Below, one piece after another: positions 1 to 11,891 of a DNA stretch of 64,000 nucleotides; the stretch's first letter is position 1, and each line of letters begins with the position of its first letter. Under the pieces are notes generated by a model, which was given only the letters and a program-made list of their open reading frames with translations, was not told the DNA's origin and searched no databases. The position numbers and the translations under genes are program-made. The stretch lies in the NCBI RefSeq assembly GCF_006345805.1, contig NC_043010.1:59086001-59150000 (forward strand), read 5' to 3'. This stretch comes from Octopus sinensis (taxonomy: Eukaryota).

Positions 1-479
1 TTCTGTGAACGCCATGAAGACTGTAAGACATGATGTAGACAGCTGCAATGAAGACTGCATAGCCGTGATCGGTGAGAAGGTGGTGGTCTTTCGGTGTGTC
101 TCCGCTGACAGTGCCGTCCCACATCATTGAACAGAGCCTTAGGCTCTGTGAAGCTGTTGGAGATTGTGGTCAAATCCTGGCTTGAGAGAGTTGTTGTTGG
201 AAGGCCATATGTATGCCAGCAGGAGTCAGAAGTGTGTGGTGAAGAATTTCTATAACTTCACCAGCACCAGTTTCAAGCCTCCTAATCTCCCATCCCTGAT
301 TGTAATCCCGTGGATATTTTTATGTGTAGGGCATGGTTAAGAAACAGATCAGCTCGGCTTACAAAACCAAAGCCATGCTAGTGGCCAAGATCTTTCTAGG
401 GATGCAATGAAGAAAGCATGTGCCAGGTTCTGGAACAATGTTGAAGCCAAGATGGAAGCTGAGAGGCTTCTTTGAGTAA
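1..479 (+). mobile_element. Decayed Tc1/mariner transposase, C-terminal part
   Basis: Broken-frame translation gives VVKSWLERVVVGRPYVCQQES, then PPN.(SP)DCNPVD, then KKACARFWNNVEAKMEA..FFE* (stop 477-479). This matches the QQDxAP / WPPxSPDLNP / terminal GGxFE layout of IS630-Tc1-mariner transposases. Confidence 0.7.
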
Positions 480-654
480 ACTGTAATCTCCCAGACATAA
501 TTTAGGTAATTTTTAAAAATTTACTTTTATTTTTGAATGGTTATTGTGTTCTCTTTTCCTTTTATGCAAACTATCAAATTTTGCTTGAACATTCAGTATA
601 AATGCTGCATGTAATTGTCTCTAGGTAGACTTCTCCATTTTCAGACAGTCACTT

Positions 655-1018
655 TGTTAAAAGCCTCTCTATCCAAGTGACTGACATCAACGATGTACAA
701 CCACAGTTTACCAAAGATACATTCCAATTCCTCACCTATGAAAACAAAGATAAAGACTTCCCTATTGGGTTTGTCAATGCCACTGACCCTGATAACACAG
801 CTGCTGCCACAAAGAATACAGCCTACCAAGGTAGAGCAGAGATGAAACAATTGTTGTACCAGACTAACACTTCTGTTGCTATGTCGAGGAATGCAGAAGA
901 GATGGTGAAGCGGAATATCTATTTTGAGAGATCCAAGAGTGAATGTTATGCAGAAGGTCAGCTACAGAACAAATATGAATCTTCAGTTCAGTCGAGAACT
1001 TTACCAAAACCTACCCCA
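655..1018 (+). pseudogene. P0: 5'-truncated, internally deleted protocadherin large-exon remnant
   Basis: Matches P1-P5 from ...VKSLSIQVTDINDVQPQF. It jumps from ATDPD directly to NTAAATK (693-nt in-frame deletion versus P2, removing most of EC5, EC6 and the TM) and ends at the same CCA|GTAAGT donor. Confidence 0.85.
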
Positions 1019-1189
1019 GTAAGTGGAAACATTACATTTTCTCTCTGTAAAAGTGAACAATGAAATCTCTTTGAATATGTTTTAACTTCAATAATACATT
1101 CCAATATTAAATTGTTCTCTTTCCATGTTGATTGTAACTTCCATTGTTTGGTGTCTTCTCACATTTCTTTATCGTTTGTTTGTCAACAG

Positions 1190-1343
1190 AAATACTGTCA
1201 ACCTGTTGTGGTGACATCAAGTGATGATGCTGTGGAAGATAATGCTACTATGGTTTGTAACTATACATCAGATACAATGTCATCCAAGAGAAGTGGTAGA
1301 CAAGGAGACTTGAAACATTACGAAGAAATACCAGGAATATCAG
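1190..1343 (+). pseudogene. P0 copy of the 154-nt cytoplasmic exon; terminal exon not found downstream
   Basis: caacag|AAATAC...ATATCAG|gtac. Similarity to the P1 intron stops near 1505 and no DQSIYK...PVKHV exon was found before the next promoter. Confidence 0.8.
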
Positions 1344-1516
1344 GTACATTAGTTATATTTTATCTTGAAATCATCTGAAATTTGTTAGTAACTCTGTTAA
1401 CAGATTTATAATTGTTTCTAAGAATAAATTAATTCATTTAAATACCAGATTCCTAGAATATTTATTAGAATTTCAGAGTATTAGAATTTATCTACATTAT
1501 CATTACATGCCTATAT

Positions 1517-1519
<3 letters not shown>

Positions 1520-1573
<54 letters not shown>
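1520..1573. repeat. (TA)n microsatellite
   Basis: Directly visible. Confidence 0.95.
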
Positions 1574-1577
<4 letters not shown>

Positions 1578-1999
1578 ATCAGGGGCATCTCTGGCAGTCA
1601 GGCTGTTTGGGCTTAGCCTAAGTATAAATTTAGTAAAGTGAGCCTGTATTTTCAAGCTGATTTAATTTCTGCCGACACTGACTCCTTTGATTGAGCCTGG
1701 TCACAGTTCATTTATTTTCGGTCAGCCTCTGGTGGTCGTCTAGAGGTGCCCTGTATCAAAAAATATCATTCACAGCAGACGTTCTCTCGACATCATTCAC
1801 ATGTGCCTGACTCAGGCTCAGAAGTTACAGCCCGAGTTGTTATATATAATCGTAAAAATTAAAAGTAATTCAAATTCAATGTTTTCTTGAAACATTAAAT
1901 TTCTATAGAGATTAGGATTTAAATTCCATTTCTGTTCTACAATGTTCTTAAAAGAATGAAAAGTTATCTGGCAACCTGGGCTAAAACGAGCCTGGTAGG

Positions 2000-2057
2000 T
2001 GTGTGTGTGTATGTATATATATATATGTATATATCTATATCTATCTATCTCTCTCTC

Positions 2058-2104
<47 letters not shown>
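2000..2104. repeat. Compound (GT)/(TA)/(TC)/(CA)n microsatellite
   Basis: Directly visible. Confidence 0.95.
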
Positions 2105-2106
<2 letters not shown>

Positions 2107-2157
2107 ACATTTAAGTTTTAGTTAATATGTTTATTTTCTCTGAGGAACTAGTAATAT

Positions 2158-2860
2158 AGAATAATAATAATGAAATTATTGTATACAGTGCTCAGGTGCA
2201 CACAACTTGTCAGAAAGTACATATAAAGTACATGCAGTAATGTAATGTATGAGTCAGATACATGCTTGTGTGTGTATGGAGGGGAGAAAATCAGGTGTAG
2301 TGTTGGCGAATCTCAGAAAGCATGGAAGTTTTGAAGGATGCAGTGCTCCGACAACTAACAACTGATGCCGGCAGTTTGTTCCATGCTTCAGCAACTCTCA
2401 GCGTGAAAAAATGTTTCCTGAAGTCATGGGAGCTGTGCTGTTTTCTGACTTTGTAAATATGTCCACGGGTGTTAGATGGGTGGAGTTTGAAAAGGTGCTC
2501 AGAGTTATTGTTTGTATGATGGTTGTTTCAATGTGTCCATGCCCAGGGAAGTAAGGCGTTCAGGATATGGCAAATGCCCGATGGAGGGTATTCTTTTGGT
2601 CGCACGTCGCTGAACAGCTTCCAGACGATTGATATCCTGGGCAAGATAGGGGTTCCAGACCGGTGATGCAAATTCCAGGTGAGGTCTTACCATAGCTATA
2701 TAAAGCCACAGATAGATAGCCGGAGAGCGGCTCACAAAGGATTTGGTGAGTGATGCCAAGACACCCTCAGCCTTCTTGACAATTTTAGCGATGTGTTTTG
2801 TCCAACGCAAATCACTGTCGACAATAACACCCAGGTCACGTTCACATGAAGACTTTTTGA
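2158..2860 (-). mobile_element. 5'-truncated CR1-like LINE (3' end), related to the element at 19746-21730
   Basis: ORF 2505-2810 carries RPHLEFASPVWNP...LEAVQRRATKRIP. The 3' end (tacagtgctcaggtgcac, aatcaggtgtag) and (ATT)n tail are shared with the 19.8-kb copy. Confidence 0.85.
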
Positions 2861-3171
2861 GACTAGTGAGACTAGCTTCTCTTTATGAGAACAGGGATTA
2901 TTTTAAATGCTACACTTATTTTCTCTTAATGGTACAATATTATCAACAGGAATAAACGATCAGCAGACATATTTTGGGGCTGGTTTACTTCCATTTCTTT
3001 ATGTTGTGTGTTCAACTCTCACTGAGGTAGAACTTTTCCCGTCATCCACTGAGGTTTATAATATAATTACCTGTTAAGTACAGGTGTTGAGGATGTTTGT
3101 CTCTTTTCCAAAATGTGACCTCACAACTATATTAGGAATCTTACTGGCATTACCGTGTAAATGTACTTAAA

Positions 3172-5918
3172 CTTAGATAAACTTAGATATGTTTCGACCA
3201 AAGATTGGTCCAGGCCATGTCTAACTTAATAGCACCACCTGATAGGATTATTTGAATCCTGTTTAAGTCAAGTTTTGTTTATGGTCCATTCAAGTAGTGA
3301 GTTTTTGTTGAGTGAGGTGTATCCAGGTATGGGTGGTTTATCTGGTATTCCTTGGAGGAATCTATCCAGACTCCGTTTAAAGTTGATGGGATCCTTTTCC
3401 TCTTTGATCTCTTTCGGGACAATGTTAAATAGGAAAAGAAATTATGTTGCAGTGTACATGTATGCTGTGATCTTGAATTGGGCAGGGGACGTATGGCCCG
3501 TGGTCCCAGTCTTGGACGAACCTTGAAGCTAATGTTCAGGTCGTTTGGGCAAAGTTGGTGGTATATTCTCCACATTGTACAAATGATGTACCGCTCACGG
3601 CGACGCTGGAGAGAGTAGAGTTTCAAGGCTTTAAGGCGATCCCAATAATCGAGAGCAGCCATGCCTTCAATTCATTTAGTGAGTGCCCTCTGGGGTGATT
3701 CAATCCTCGAGATGTTTTGTTTTGTATGGGGAGACCACAGTGGGCAGCAGTATTCGAGGTGTGGCCGTACAAAGGGGGAGAAAAGTGGTATGATGACACT
3801 TTGTTCTCTGGACCGGAAAGTTCTTAAGATCCAGGAACTCATCCTACGAGCTATATTGACCTTCTTGTTGATGTGTGCACTCCAACTGAGATCGTCATCA
3901 ACAATTACACCCAGGTCTCTGATATTGTTAGAGGCTGTGAGCGGTTTCCCTGAAGGAAGAGAGTATGGCTGTTTTAGTGAGGAATTTCTTCCAAAATGCA
4001 TCAGCTCAAATTTTCCCTCGTTCAGTTGCATTTTGTTTCTGTCTGCCCATTGACTCACAGCATATAGATCAGACTGGAGTTGAGTTCGGTCTGCTTCTTC
4101 ATTGGCGATTTGCTGGAGCTTAGTGTCATCAGCAAATATTTTCACTTTGCAGTAATGTACAACACTGGAAAGGTCGTTTATGTAAATTATGAAGAGTAGC
4201 GGACTCAAGACAGTTCCCTGGGGGACACCGCTGGTGACTTTTGCTCGGCTTGAGTGGACTCCATCAACTACTACATGTTGTGTTCTATTCGCCAGGAAAT
4301 ACTTAATCCAGTGTAGAACTTTTCCATGGATTCCAACATTTGCCAATTTTGAGAGTAGGATATTATGGTCTACCCTGTCGAACGCTTTACTGAAGTCAAG
4401 ATATATGACATCAGAGTTCGAACCTGTTCCCAAGGCTTTGAGTACATCTTCAATGTGGTGTAAGAGCTGTGTTAGACAGTCCCTGCCACAGCGAAAGCCA
4501 TGCTGATTTGCATTTAGGAGTTTCTGGGTCTCCAGGAAGTCAGCCATCCTTGATCTTAACACTCTTTCAAACACTTTGATGATGTGGGAGGTGAGTGAGA
4601 TTGGGCGATAGTTGAGTGCGAGGGATCTGTTTCCCTGTTTGAAAACCTGGATGACTGACTGGGATAGAAACTGTTTCGGTATATAACCTGCATCTAACGA
4701 ATTTCTCCAGAGGTTGGTCAGAGGGACTGCAAGTTGGTGTCTACATTCCTTCAGGAGACTAGCGGGGAATCTATCAGGGCCTACAGCAGAGTAGTATTTG
4801 ACCTCATTTATTGCTGCTATGATGTCAGTGGCAGTGAAGGTTATGTCTGAGATTTTATGTTGGGAGTCAACTTCGTTCGCTTCTCTTACGTCAATATCAG
4901 TGGGAACACTAAAGACAGAGCAGTATTGCTTCTGCAGTACTTCTACCATTTCTTTAGCATCGTGTTGGGGAATGCCGTTATCATCAATCAATGGCCCAAT
5001 GGGTGAGACAGTGGTTCTATGCTTATTTGCATAGGAATAGAACACTTTTGGGTTCTGTTTGATGTTTTTGATTACCCACTGTTCCTCCACAGCTCTTTGA
5101 TTTTCAATGGAGGTTTTCATGTCGGTCTGCAGATGAAGTTTTTCCAACTCTAGCCTTTTCATTGTTGTTGAATGTAGATGTTGTTTGTGGGAATATTTTA
5201 ATTGGTTGATTTTTTTGTTGAGTCTTTTGATGCGCCTGATGAGTGTTTTTTTCTTTTTAGGGAGCCGATTTCTGTTTGTGTTAGTAGATTTCATGGGAGC
5301 GTGTTTAGAGCATGTATAGGTGACAATGTTTTCAAAGTGCTGCCATGCGGTCTCAATATGGGTGGAATTGAGAGTAAAAGACCAGTCGATGAAAGACAGA
5401 TCCTTTCTGATTGCTCCCCAGTCCGCTTTGTGGAAGTTTATGTTGTCAAATGAGTGCCATGGAGTGGGATTGGCTGGTTTGGTTTTTATATGTCGGGAAT
5501 TAAAATTGCAGAGTACCATGTCGTGGTCTGAGAGGAGAGTTTTTTCAACTGAAATACTGTGAACGAAGCTAGAGTGATTGGTCAATACCAGATCCAAGAT
5601 CGTTTCATTCTGTCTTGTTGGTTCGAGCACTAGCTGAGTCAGGAAGTATTCATCCATTAGATTAAAGAGCAGTTCTGCTGCTGCTCTATCTGATGTAGAG
5701 CATTTGCCTAACTTCAGAGTATTTGTGGGCCAGTTCACATGAGGGAGGTTAAAATCACCCATCACTAGTATGTTTCCAGAGTTGTACTTCCGAAGGAAGG
5801 ACTTGACTTTGCTAAGGCACTCTTCAAAACAGTTTAGAGGTGCTTGGGGAGGCCTGTAAAGACCAACAATGATTATGTCCTTGGCCTTGCTGAATCATGA
5901 TACAGATTCACAATAGCC
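3172..5918 (-). mobile_element. CR1-group non-LTR retrotransposon: partial APE endonuclease plus reverse transcriptase, frameshifted near the C-terminus, 5'-truncated
   Basis: ORF 3672-5765 has GDFNLP, LDLVLTN, SDH, YRPISLTS, DFSKAFD, GVPQGTVL and FADD, and continues in 3279-3662 (YWDRLKALKLYSLQRRRERY). Short tandem tail acttagataa at 3171-3189. Flanking ACTTAAA duplication at 3165-3171 and 5919-5925. Confidence 0.92.
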
Positions 5919-6122
5919 ACTTAAATATAACATTATGCATTTTTTACTATTATTAGTAATTATGTTCTCATTTTCTCAGTTAATTGTATCATAAACTACA
6001 TTACAGAGAAATTACTTTCTCAGTTCATTCTGGAAATATAGAATGTCACACAACCTCACTTTCTTCCTTTAAGACAAACATATTTCTCCTGTGGGGGAAT
6101 AAATATTAAACAGAGTATCTTC

Positions 6123-6152
6123 ATTGGTCGTCTGGTAAGTCATTCAACCAAT
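6123..6152 (+). promoter_or_regulatory. Paired inverted CCAAT boxes (ATTGG...CCAATCAG), putative P1 promoter
   Basis: ATTGG 6123-6127 and CCAAT 6148-6152, both fitting the NF-Y consensus. Recurs ~175-215 nt upstream of every leader. Confidence 0.6.
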
Positions 6153-6326
6153 CAGATTCTCACTAAACCATAGAAAGAAATCACTGACAAAGATTAGCAT
6201 TTACATTCCTAACATTATTCAATCAAACAGTTCAATTATAAAATATTATACTTATTGGCATTTATATGTATGTCTGAAAATAGTAAACATCATCTTTGAG
6301 GCTAAATACATACAGGATATTATCAG

Positions 6327-6530
6327 ATGGACGTACACTCAGAAAACGTACAACTTCAGTGACACATGCAACCCTCTCCTAGCAGCAGACTCTCTGCCTG
6401 ACGTGCTACACTACTCCATCACCATAACAGCCATTGTCACACCATTACAGCAGCACTTACAATGGATCTTTCTACAACAATACATCTTTCTCTTTCTCAC
6501 TGAATAACCAATGATATAATTACTAAAAAG
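6327..6530 (+). other. Conserved 204-nt putative non-coding leader exon of P1
   Basis: Near-identical in five copies, ends AAAAAG|GTAAGT, has stops in all frames, and the next ATG exon begins with a splice acceptor at 11834-11835. The true 5' end (TSS) is uncertain. Confidence 0.65.
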
Positions 6531-6642
6531 GTAAGTTTCCATATAATCTTTTATAATCTCATTTTATGTAATAAATCTCATTGGATTTGTTAGATATTGT
6601 TCTCATATCTTCAATATTCTTATCTACTCAAGTCACAAAGAC

Positions 6643-6995
6643 CAAAATTTTTTGGGAAAGGGCCAGTTGATTAGATCAACCCCAGTACATAACTGGTACT
6701 TAAGTTATCAATCCTGAAAGGATGAAATGCAAATTGGATATTGGCGGAATATGAACTCAGAACGTAAAGACAGATGAATACCTATTTCTTTACTACCCAC
6801 AAGGGGCTACACACAGAGGGGACAAACAAGGACAGACAAACAGATTAAGTCGATTACATCAACCCCAGTGCGCAACTGGTACTCAATTTATCGACCCCGA
6901 GAGGGATGAAAGGCAAAGTCGACCTTGGCGGAATTTGAACTCAGAACATAACGGCATTTCGCCCAGTGTCCTAACGTTTCTGTCAGCTTGCCGCC
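6643..6995 (-). mobile_element. tRNA-derived SINE (two nested or partial copies)
   Basis: The minus strand shows a B-box-like ttctgagttcaaattccgcc followed by gtcgactttgcctttcatcc...ggggtcgataaa. The same family recurs at ~32700-32880 and ~63880-64000. Confidence 0.6.
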
Positions 6996-7011
6996 ATCCT
7001 AACATCTTTAA

Positions 7012-7179
7012 TCATTATCATCGTTTAACGTCCGTTCTCCATGCTAGCATGGGTTGGACAGTTCGACCGGGGATCTGGGAAGCCAGAAGGCTGCACCAGG
7101 CTCCAGTCTTATCTGGCAATGTTTCTACAGCTGGATGCCCTTCCTAACGCCAACCACTCCGTGAGTGTAGTGGGTGCTT
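7012..7179 (-). mobile_element. Short 3' end of RTE-type LINE (GAT-tailed family)
   Basis: cgtttaacgtccgttctccatgctagcatgggttgga...cttcctaacgccaaccact, shared with other copies. Confidence 0.75.
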
Positions 7180-7950
7180 AATAATAATTCGTTTAGTTTT
7201 CCCTAATGCTGCCCATAATTGTTTATACCACAAATAAGTAGACGATGTTTAATACTTATTCTGTATTCACTTGCAGCAATAATATCTGTTTCTGTATTAC
7301 ATTTGTTACATATATTGATCAGTCGCTATAGAGAAAAGCCTTTATTACGTGTTTATTGTTTCATGTAAAGAATCTGTAATGATCTGTGTGAATACGAGAA
7401 GGAGCAGGATGGACATGTCAAGATGGCTGCTAAAAAATATGAATGTCTCTTGCTTCAACGTGTTCCAATCCGGTTGAAGTGTGTAAATTGTGAGCAGTGA
7501 TAAAGGGTTAGAGCTTTTGGCATTTTATAATGGAGGAGAAAATAGCATTCACAGCTGAAGGAAACAGAAGCAATAGCATATTGTGAAAGACAATAAAATA
7601 AGAGAAGAAACAGGTTTTTGTTTGTAGAGGAGAGAATACAGTTTATTTTGTGTAGGTTTTTCTTTCTAAAACATATTTATAAGTATGTCATTGGAGATTG
7701 TAATTTCTTCAGTAAAATATTTTCTTTACTCAGGTACTTTTATAATTTATCTAGTTGTATGAATTCAGTTTAAATTTTCTTTTATATTTTACAATATTTT
7801 TCTGAATCTAGCAAAGAATTTTGGTTGTAGTTATAATAACATTAAAGTTAATATTTCAGAGGAAGTGAAGGTGGCTTATATCTTAAATATGAATGAGATT
7901 TACTTTTTTAATTGAGAATAATTTACCATCATCATCAACCCCACCAGCAC

Positions 7951-7989
<39 letters not shown>

Positions 7990-8956
7990 TAACTTTATCA
8001 CATCAGTATAGACAGATATGATTCATAATCCCTGTCCCTATGTGTCTAGTTTAATAGTTAACAGAAAGACCAAACTCTGGGTGGTTTTCTGCTCCTCACT
8101 AAATAATGTCTACACATTTGATTCCCAGTTTGTGCTATTTCTGTGTGAAATGTTATGCCTGTATCACTTATTTGTTAAATAGTATCCATTCAGTGGAGAA
8201 TCTGAGGATAACAGTTAAGAAGGACTCATATGGAATTCTAATTCACACTGAATTCAGATTAGAACTTCAATAATAAAATTATTTTTAAAAATCACTTTTT
8301 GATAAAAACTTTATTAAAATTAGAAATGTTCAGAGATTTCGAGACTGGTTAGACTCTCATAATTGCTTTCTTTTAGTAAACATTACACCAAATTAATTAA
8401 TAAGTAATTTTCTTCATTTTAATGTATGGATGGATGTAGGCATCAAAATTTGTTGCCTGCACTCAATCTCTACCGTTGCATTCCTCACTTCCTTTCTCCC
8501 TAACCTTTAAGGCATCAGATTAACCCAGATCATTTTAGTTATTTTCTTACTCTAACTCTCTTTATTGGCTGACATTAATTGGTTTTCAGAAAAATTAACA
8601 CACTTCCTTATGGCCTAAATTGGCCATTGTCAGCATGTTTTATACAACATAAAAATTAGCTCAGATTGTACAGTCAAGACCTGGATTGCCTTTAAAGATA
8701 TCGGCTTTTATCATAATTTTCAAAATGATTGTGACTTTAGCATAAGTCTTGTGTCAGTCGTTCATGGAATGGCGTTTCTTGAGTTTTATGAACATTGACA
8801 GAATATTGGGATGCTTTCAGAGAATTCTCGACCTTGGGACAATGCTCCTCCTTCTCTCTCCCCTCTCACTTTATCCATGCATGTGTGTGTGATTCTGTCT
8901 CTCTATCTATCTATCTCTTTTTCTATCTATCTCTCTAGCTACCTATCTATCATATA

Positions 8957-9509
8957 TCCGGCAGGACAAGTGAGACCATAACCCGTGGCCTCTACCTGGG
9001 ACGTAGCCAGCCCACTTATGCATACCTTTCCTTCTTTTGACACAAACCCTACTTGTGAAGACCTGTTGAGGCAAGTGAAAATCGAAATCGAAATCTTTTA
9101 ACATCAATGGAAATTGTAGCTGTGATACCAGTACCGGTGGCACGTAAGAGAACCATCCGAACGTGGCCGTTGCCAGTGCCGCCCTAACTGGCCTCCGTGC
9201 CGGTGGCACGTAAAAAGCACCATCCGATTGTGGCTGTTGCCAGCCTCGTCTGGCCCCCGTGCCGGTGGCACGTAAAAAGCACCATCCGATCGTGGCCGTT
9301 TGCCAGCTCTGTCTGGCACTTGTGCGGGTGGCACATAAAAAGCACCCACTACACTCTCGGAGTGGTTGGCGTTAGGAAGGGCATCAAGCTGTAGAAACAC
9401 TGCCAGATCAAACTGGGCCTGGCGCAGCCTTCTGGCTTCCCAGACCCCAGTTGAACTGTCCAACCCATGCTAGCATGGAAAACGGACGTTAAGCGATGAT
9501 GATGATGAT
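8957..9509 (+). mobile_element. RTE-type LINE 3' UTR copy with (GAT)n tail
   Basis: Starts at ccggcaggacaagtga (end of ORF ...RQDK*), ends in gatgatgatgat next to (TA)n. Confidence 0.75.
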
Positions 9510-9644
9510 ATATATATATATATATATATAATGTGTGTCTATACACATATATATAGGCCTGGCTTTGGTGATGGGTGTTGTCGTATACCTTATTACTATG
9601 TATGTTGATCACAAGTTTGCTGATCTAAGAGACATGACTTGTAA

Positions 9645-10307
9645 GTTGTTGTTGTTGGCATCCTTTTTGTCGCGGGAGACAATGGAGTTGCGCATAAAAT
9701 AATCTAGTCTGGCTTTTACATTTCATGTCCTGATACATTTCCTGCTGTGGCTGTGTAGTCCTATCCTGGACAAACTCTCCCTCTGGCTGGTGCTGCAAAT
9801 GTAGCAAAGACTTTGCCTGGCTGGTTGTAATGTCATAGTTTCTTGTTGACGTCTTTTCTTGTCTTTCCATTTCTCCTCTCTCCCTCTCTCACTCCTTTGT
9901 GTTCCCTCTTTTACGGTACGTTGCCAATCTTCAAAGGCATGGGACAACAATAAGCTGACCAAGACCACAAAGATGAAGATTTACCAGGCATATGTACTTA
10001 GCACTCTACTGTATGGAAGTGAGACTTGGATGCCATAAGCACGCCAAGAGCGTCGCCTAAATATCTTTCACCTGCGCTGCCTCCGGAAAATTCTTAGCAT
10101 CAAATGGCAGAATCATGTCCCCCAACAAAGATGTCCTCAAGCAAGCAAGAATACCAAGCATATTTGCACACCTCACACAAAGACGTATGAGATGGCTTGG
10201 ACATGTTAGCTGTATGGAAGATGGCAGAATCCCCAAGGACATACTCTACGGAGAGCTTGCTAGGGGTACTAGGTCTGTGGGAAGACCGTTCTTATGATAC
10301 AAGGATT
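9645..10307. mobile_element. RTE/BovB-like LINE fragment with an internal inversion
   Basis: + strand 9930-10307 encodes KAWDNNKL..YVLSTLLYGSETW..RMRWLGHV..RIPKDILYGEL..GRP. The - strand 9645-9930 encodes the downstream part EDWQRTVK...YICSTSQRESLSRIGLHSH plus a (CAA)n tail. Confidence 0.8.
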
Positions 10308-10480
10308 TGTATGTATTTCAAAGTGTAACTGGAGTTTTATACCTTCAAACAAAACAAATATCTTAATATACAATGAGCAGTTTCCATTTTAATTATTCTT
10401 TTTACTTTTATTATTTTGGTGTTTTAGAATGAAATATATTTGTCTAACTAATGCCAAGCCATAAAAATTAAGATGCAAAG

Positions 10481-10872
10481 TATTCTCTTTTATTCTTTTA
10501 CTTGTTTCAGTCATTTGACTGCAGCCATGCTGGAGCACTGCCTTTAGTCGAGCAAATCGACCCCGGGACTTATTCTTTGTAAGCTCAGTACTTATTCTAT
10601 TGGACTCTTTTGCCGAACCGCTAAGTGACGGGGACGTAAACACACCAGCATCGGTTGTCAAGCAATGCTAGGGGGACAAACACACACACACACATATATA
10701 TATATATACATATATACGACGGGCTTCTTTCAGTTTCCATCTACCAAATCGACTCACAAGGCTTTGGTCGGCCCGAAGCTATAGCAGAAGACACTTGCCC
10801 AAGATGCCACGCAGTGGGACTGAACCCGGAAGCATGTGGTTGGTAAGCAAGCTACTTACCACACAGCCACTC
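10481..10872 (-). mobile_element. tRNA-derived SINE
   Basis: Minus-strand head gtggctgtgtggtaag (A box)...gggttcagtccc (B box). A partial second copy lies at ~48288-48545. Confidence 0.75.
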
Positions 10873-11182
10873 CATAGATTTATCATTAATTAATTATGTT
10901 ATCCCAGTTCTTAAGTGATTAGAATATTGTATTAATCAAATATTGTTAATAACGTGTTATTTAATCAATAGAGAATCGTAAGAAATACAAAGAGAACAAG
11001 ATTGATCTCCTTAAAACCAAACAGACAAGAGTAAAGTCAACTATAAGAATTGGTTGTCTGTTAGCATTCTGTGTTGTTAAGGATAAAGCTGAAGGATCTT
11101 TGGAATGGCTGCTGAGATGTTTATGTGGCACCAGTTCCAGTGTTGTCTATGTGACACCATCACCAGTGCTTTTTATGAATGT

Positions 11183-11566
11183 ACTAGCAGTATCGCCCGG
11201 CGTTGCTCGGGTTTGTAAGGGAAATAACTATAAAGTAATTTTAGAGAGTTATAGCCAAAAAATAGCAAAAAATGGGGAAAAAATGATGGTAAATTTTTTT
11301 GAGAGTTAAAATGGTCGAGTTGCGTCCCCTAGACAGTCTGTGGTTTGTGTTTCTAATTCTCGACCCCATGTCGAATTTATCGATTTTTTTCAGAACTGGG
11401 GGAACTTTTCAAAATTTTCGCTGCGTTAGTTTAGAATTATGACATTGGGCTATGTGTGTGTCAAGTTTCATCAGAATCGGTTGAAAGCTGTGATCAGGGT
11501 GAGGGTACAACCTAACAGACACACAGACACGCAGACAGACAAACTGCCGTTTATATAGAGAGAGAT
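11183..11566 (+). mobile_element. Non-autonomous Helitron-like element
   Basis: 5' actagcagtatcgcccggcgttgct and 3' (caga)n...tttatatagagagagat. The same 5' end appears inverted at 42006-42036. Confidence 0.6.
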
Positions 11567-11891
11567 AATCATTCTATGGTAGGCTGTTCTTTCCATCAGT
11601 TATTCAAAATGACATGAAGCCTGTGCATGTTGGTGCCATTCACCATAGTTTGAAGTCATTTCATTCATGTCCAGCTGGAAGTCTTGCATGGAAGAAATTC
11701 TTTTTCACAAGAATCATTGATTAACATTTACTTTAGATTTATGTGAACAAGGTTGTGAAATGATGTCTCATAAATAATTTTCTGTTACACTACATTGAAC
11801 TCTTGTTAAATGATGGACTTTTGTTTCTGTTTTAGATTTTATGTTCAGTATCCTGAGACATTTTTAACCAGTACCAACACTCAACTACAAC

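Noticed and set aside
6100-6330. CTCF-like site equivalent to the vertebrate conserved sequence element
   Set aside because: No convincing GC-rich CTCF motif was seen by eye in the conserved promoter blocks.
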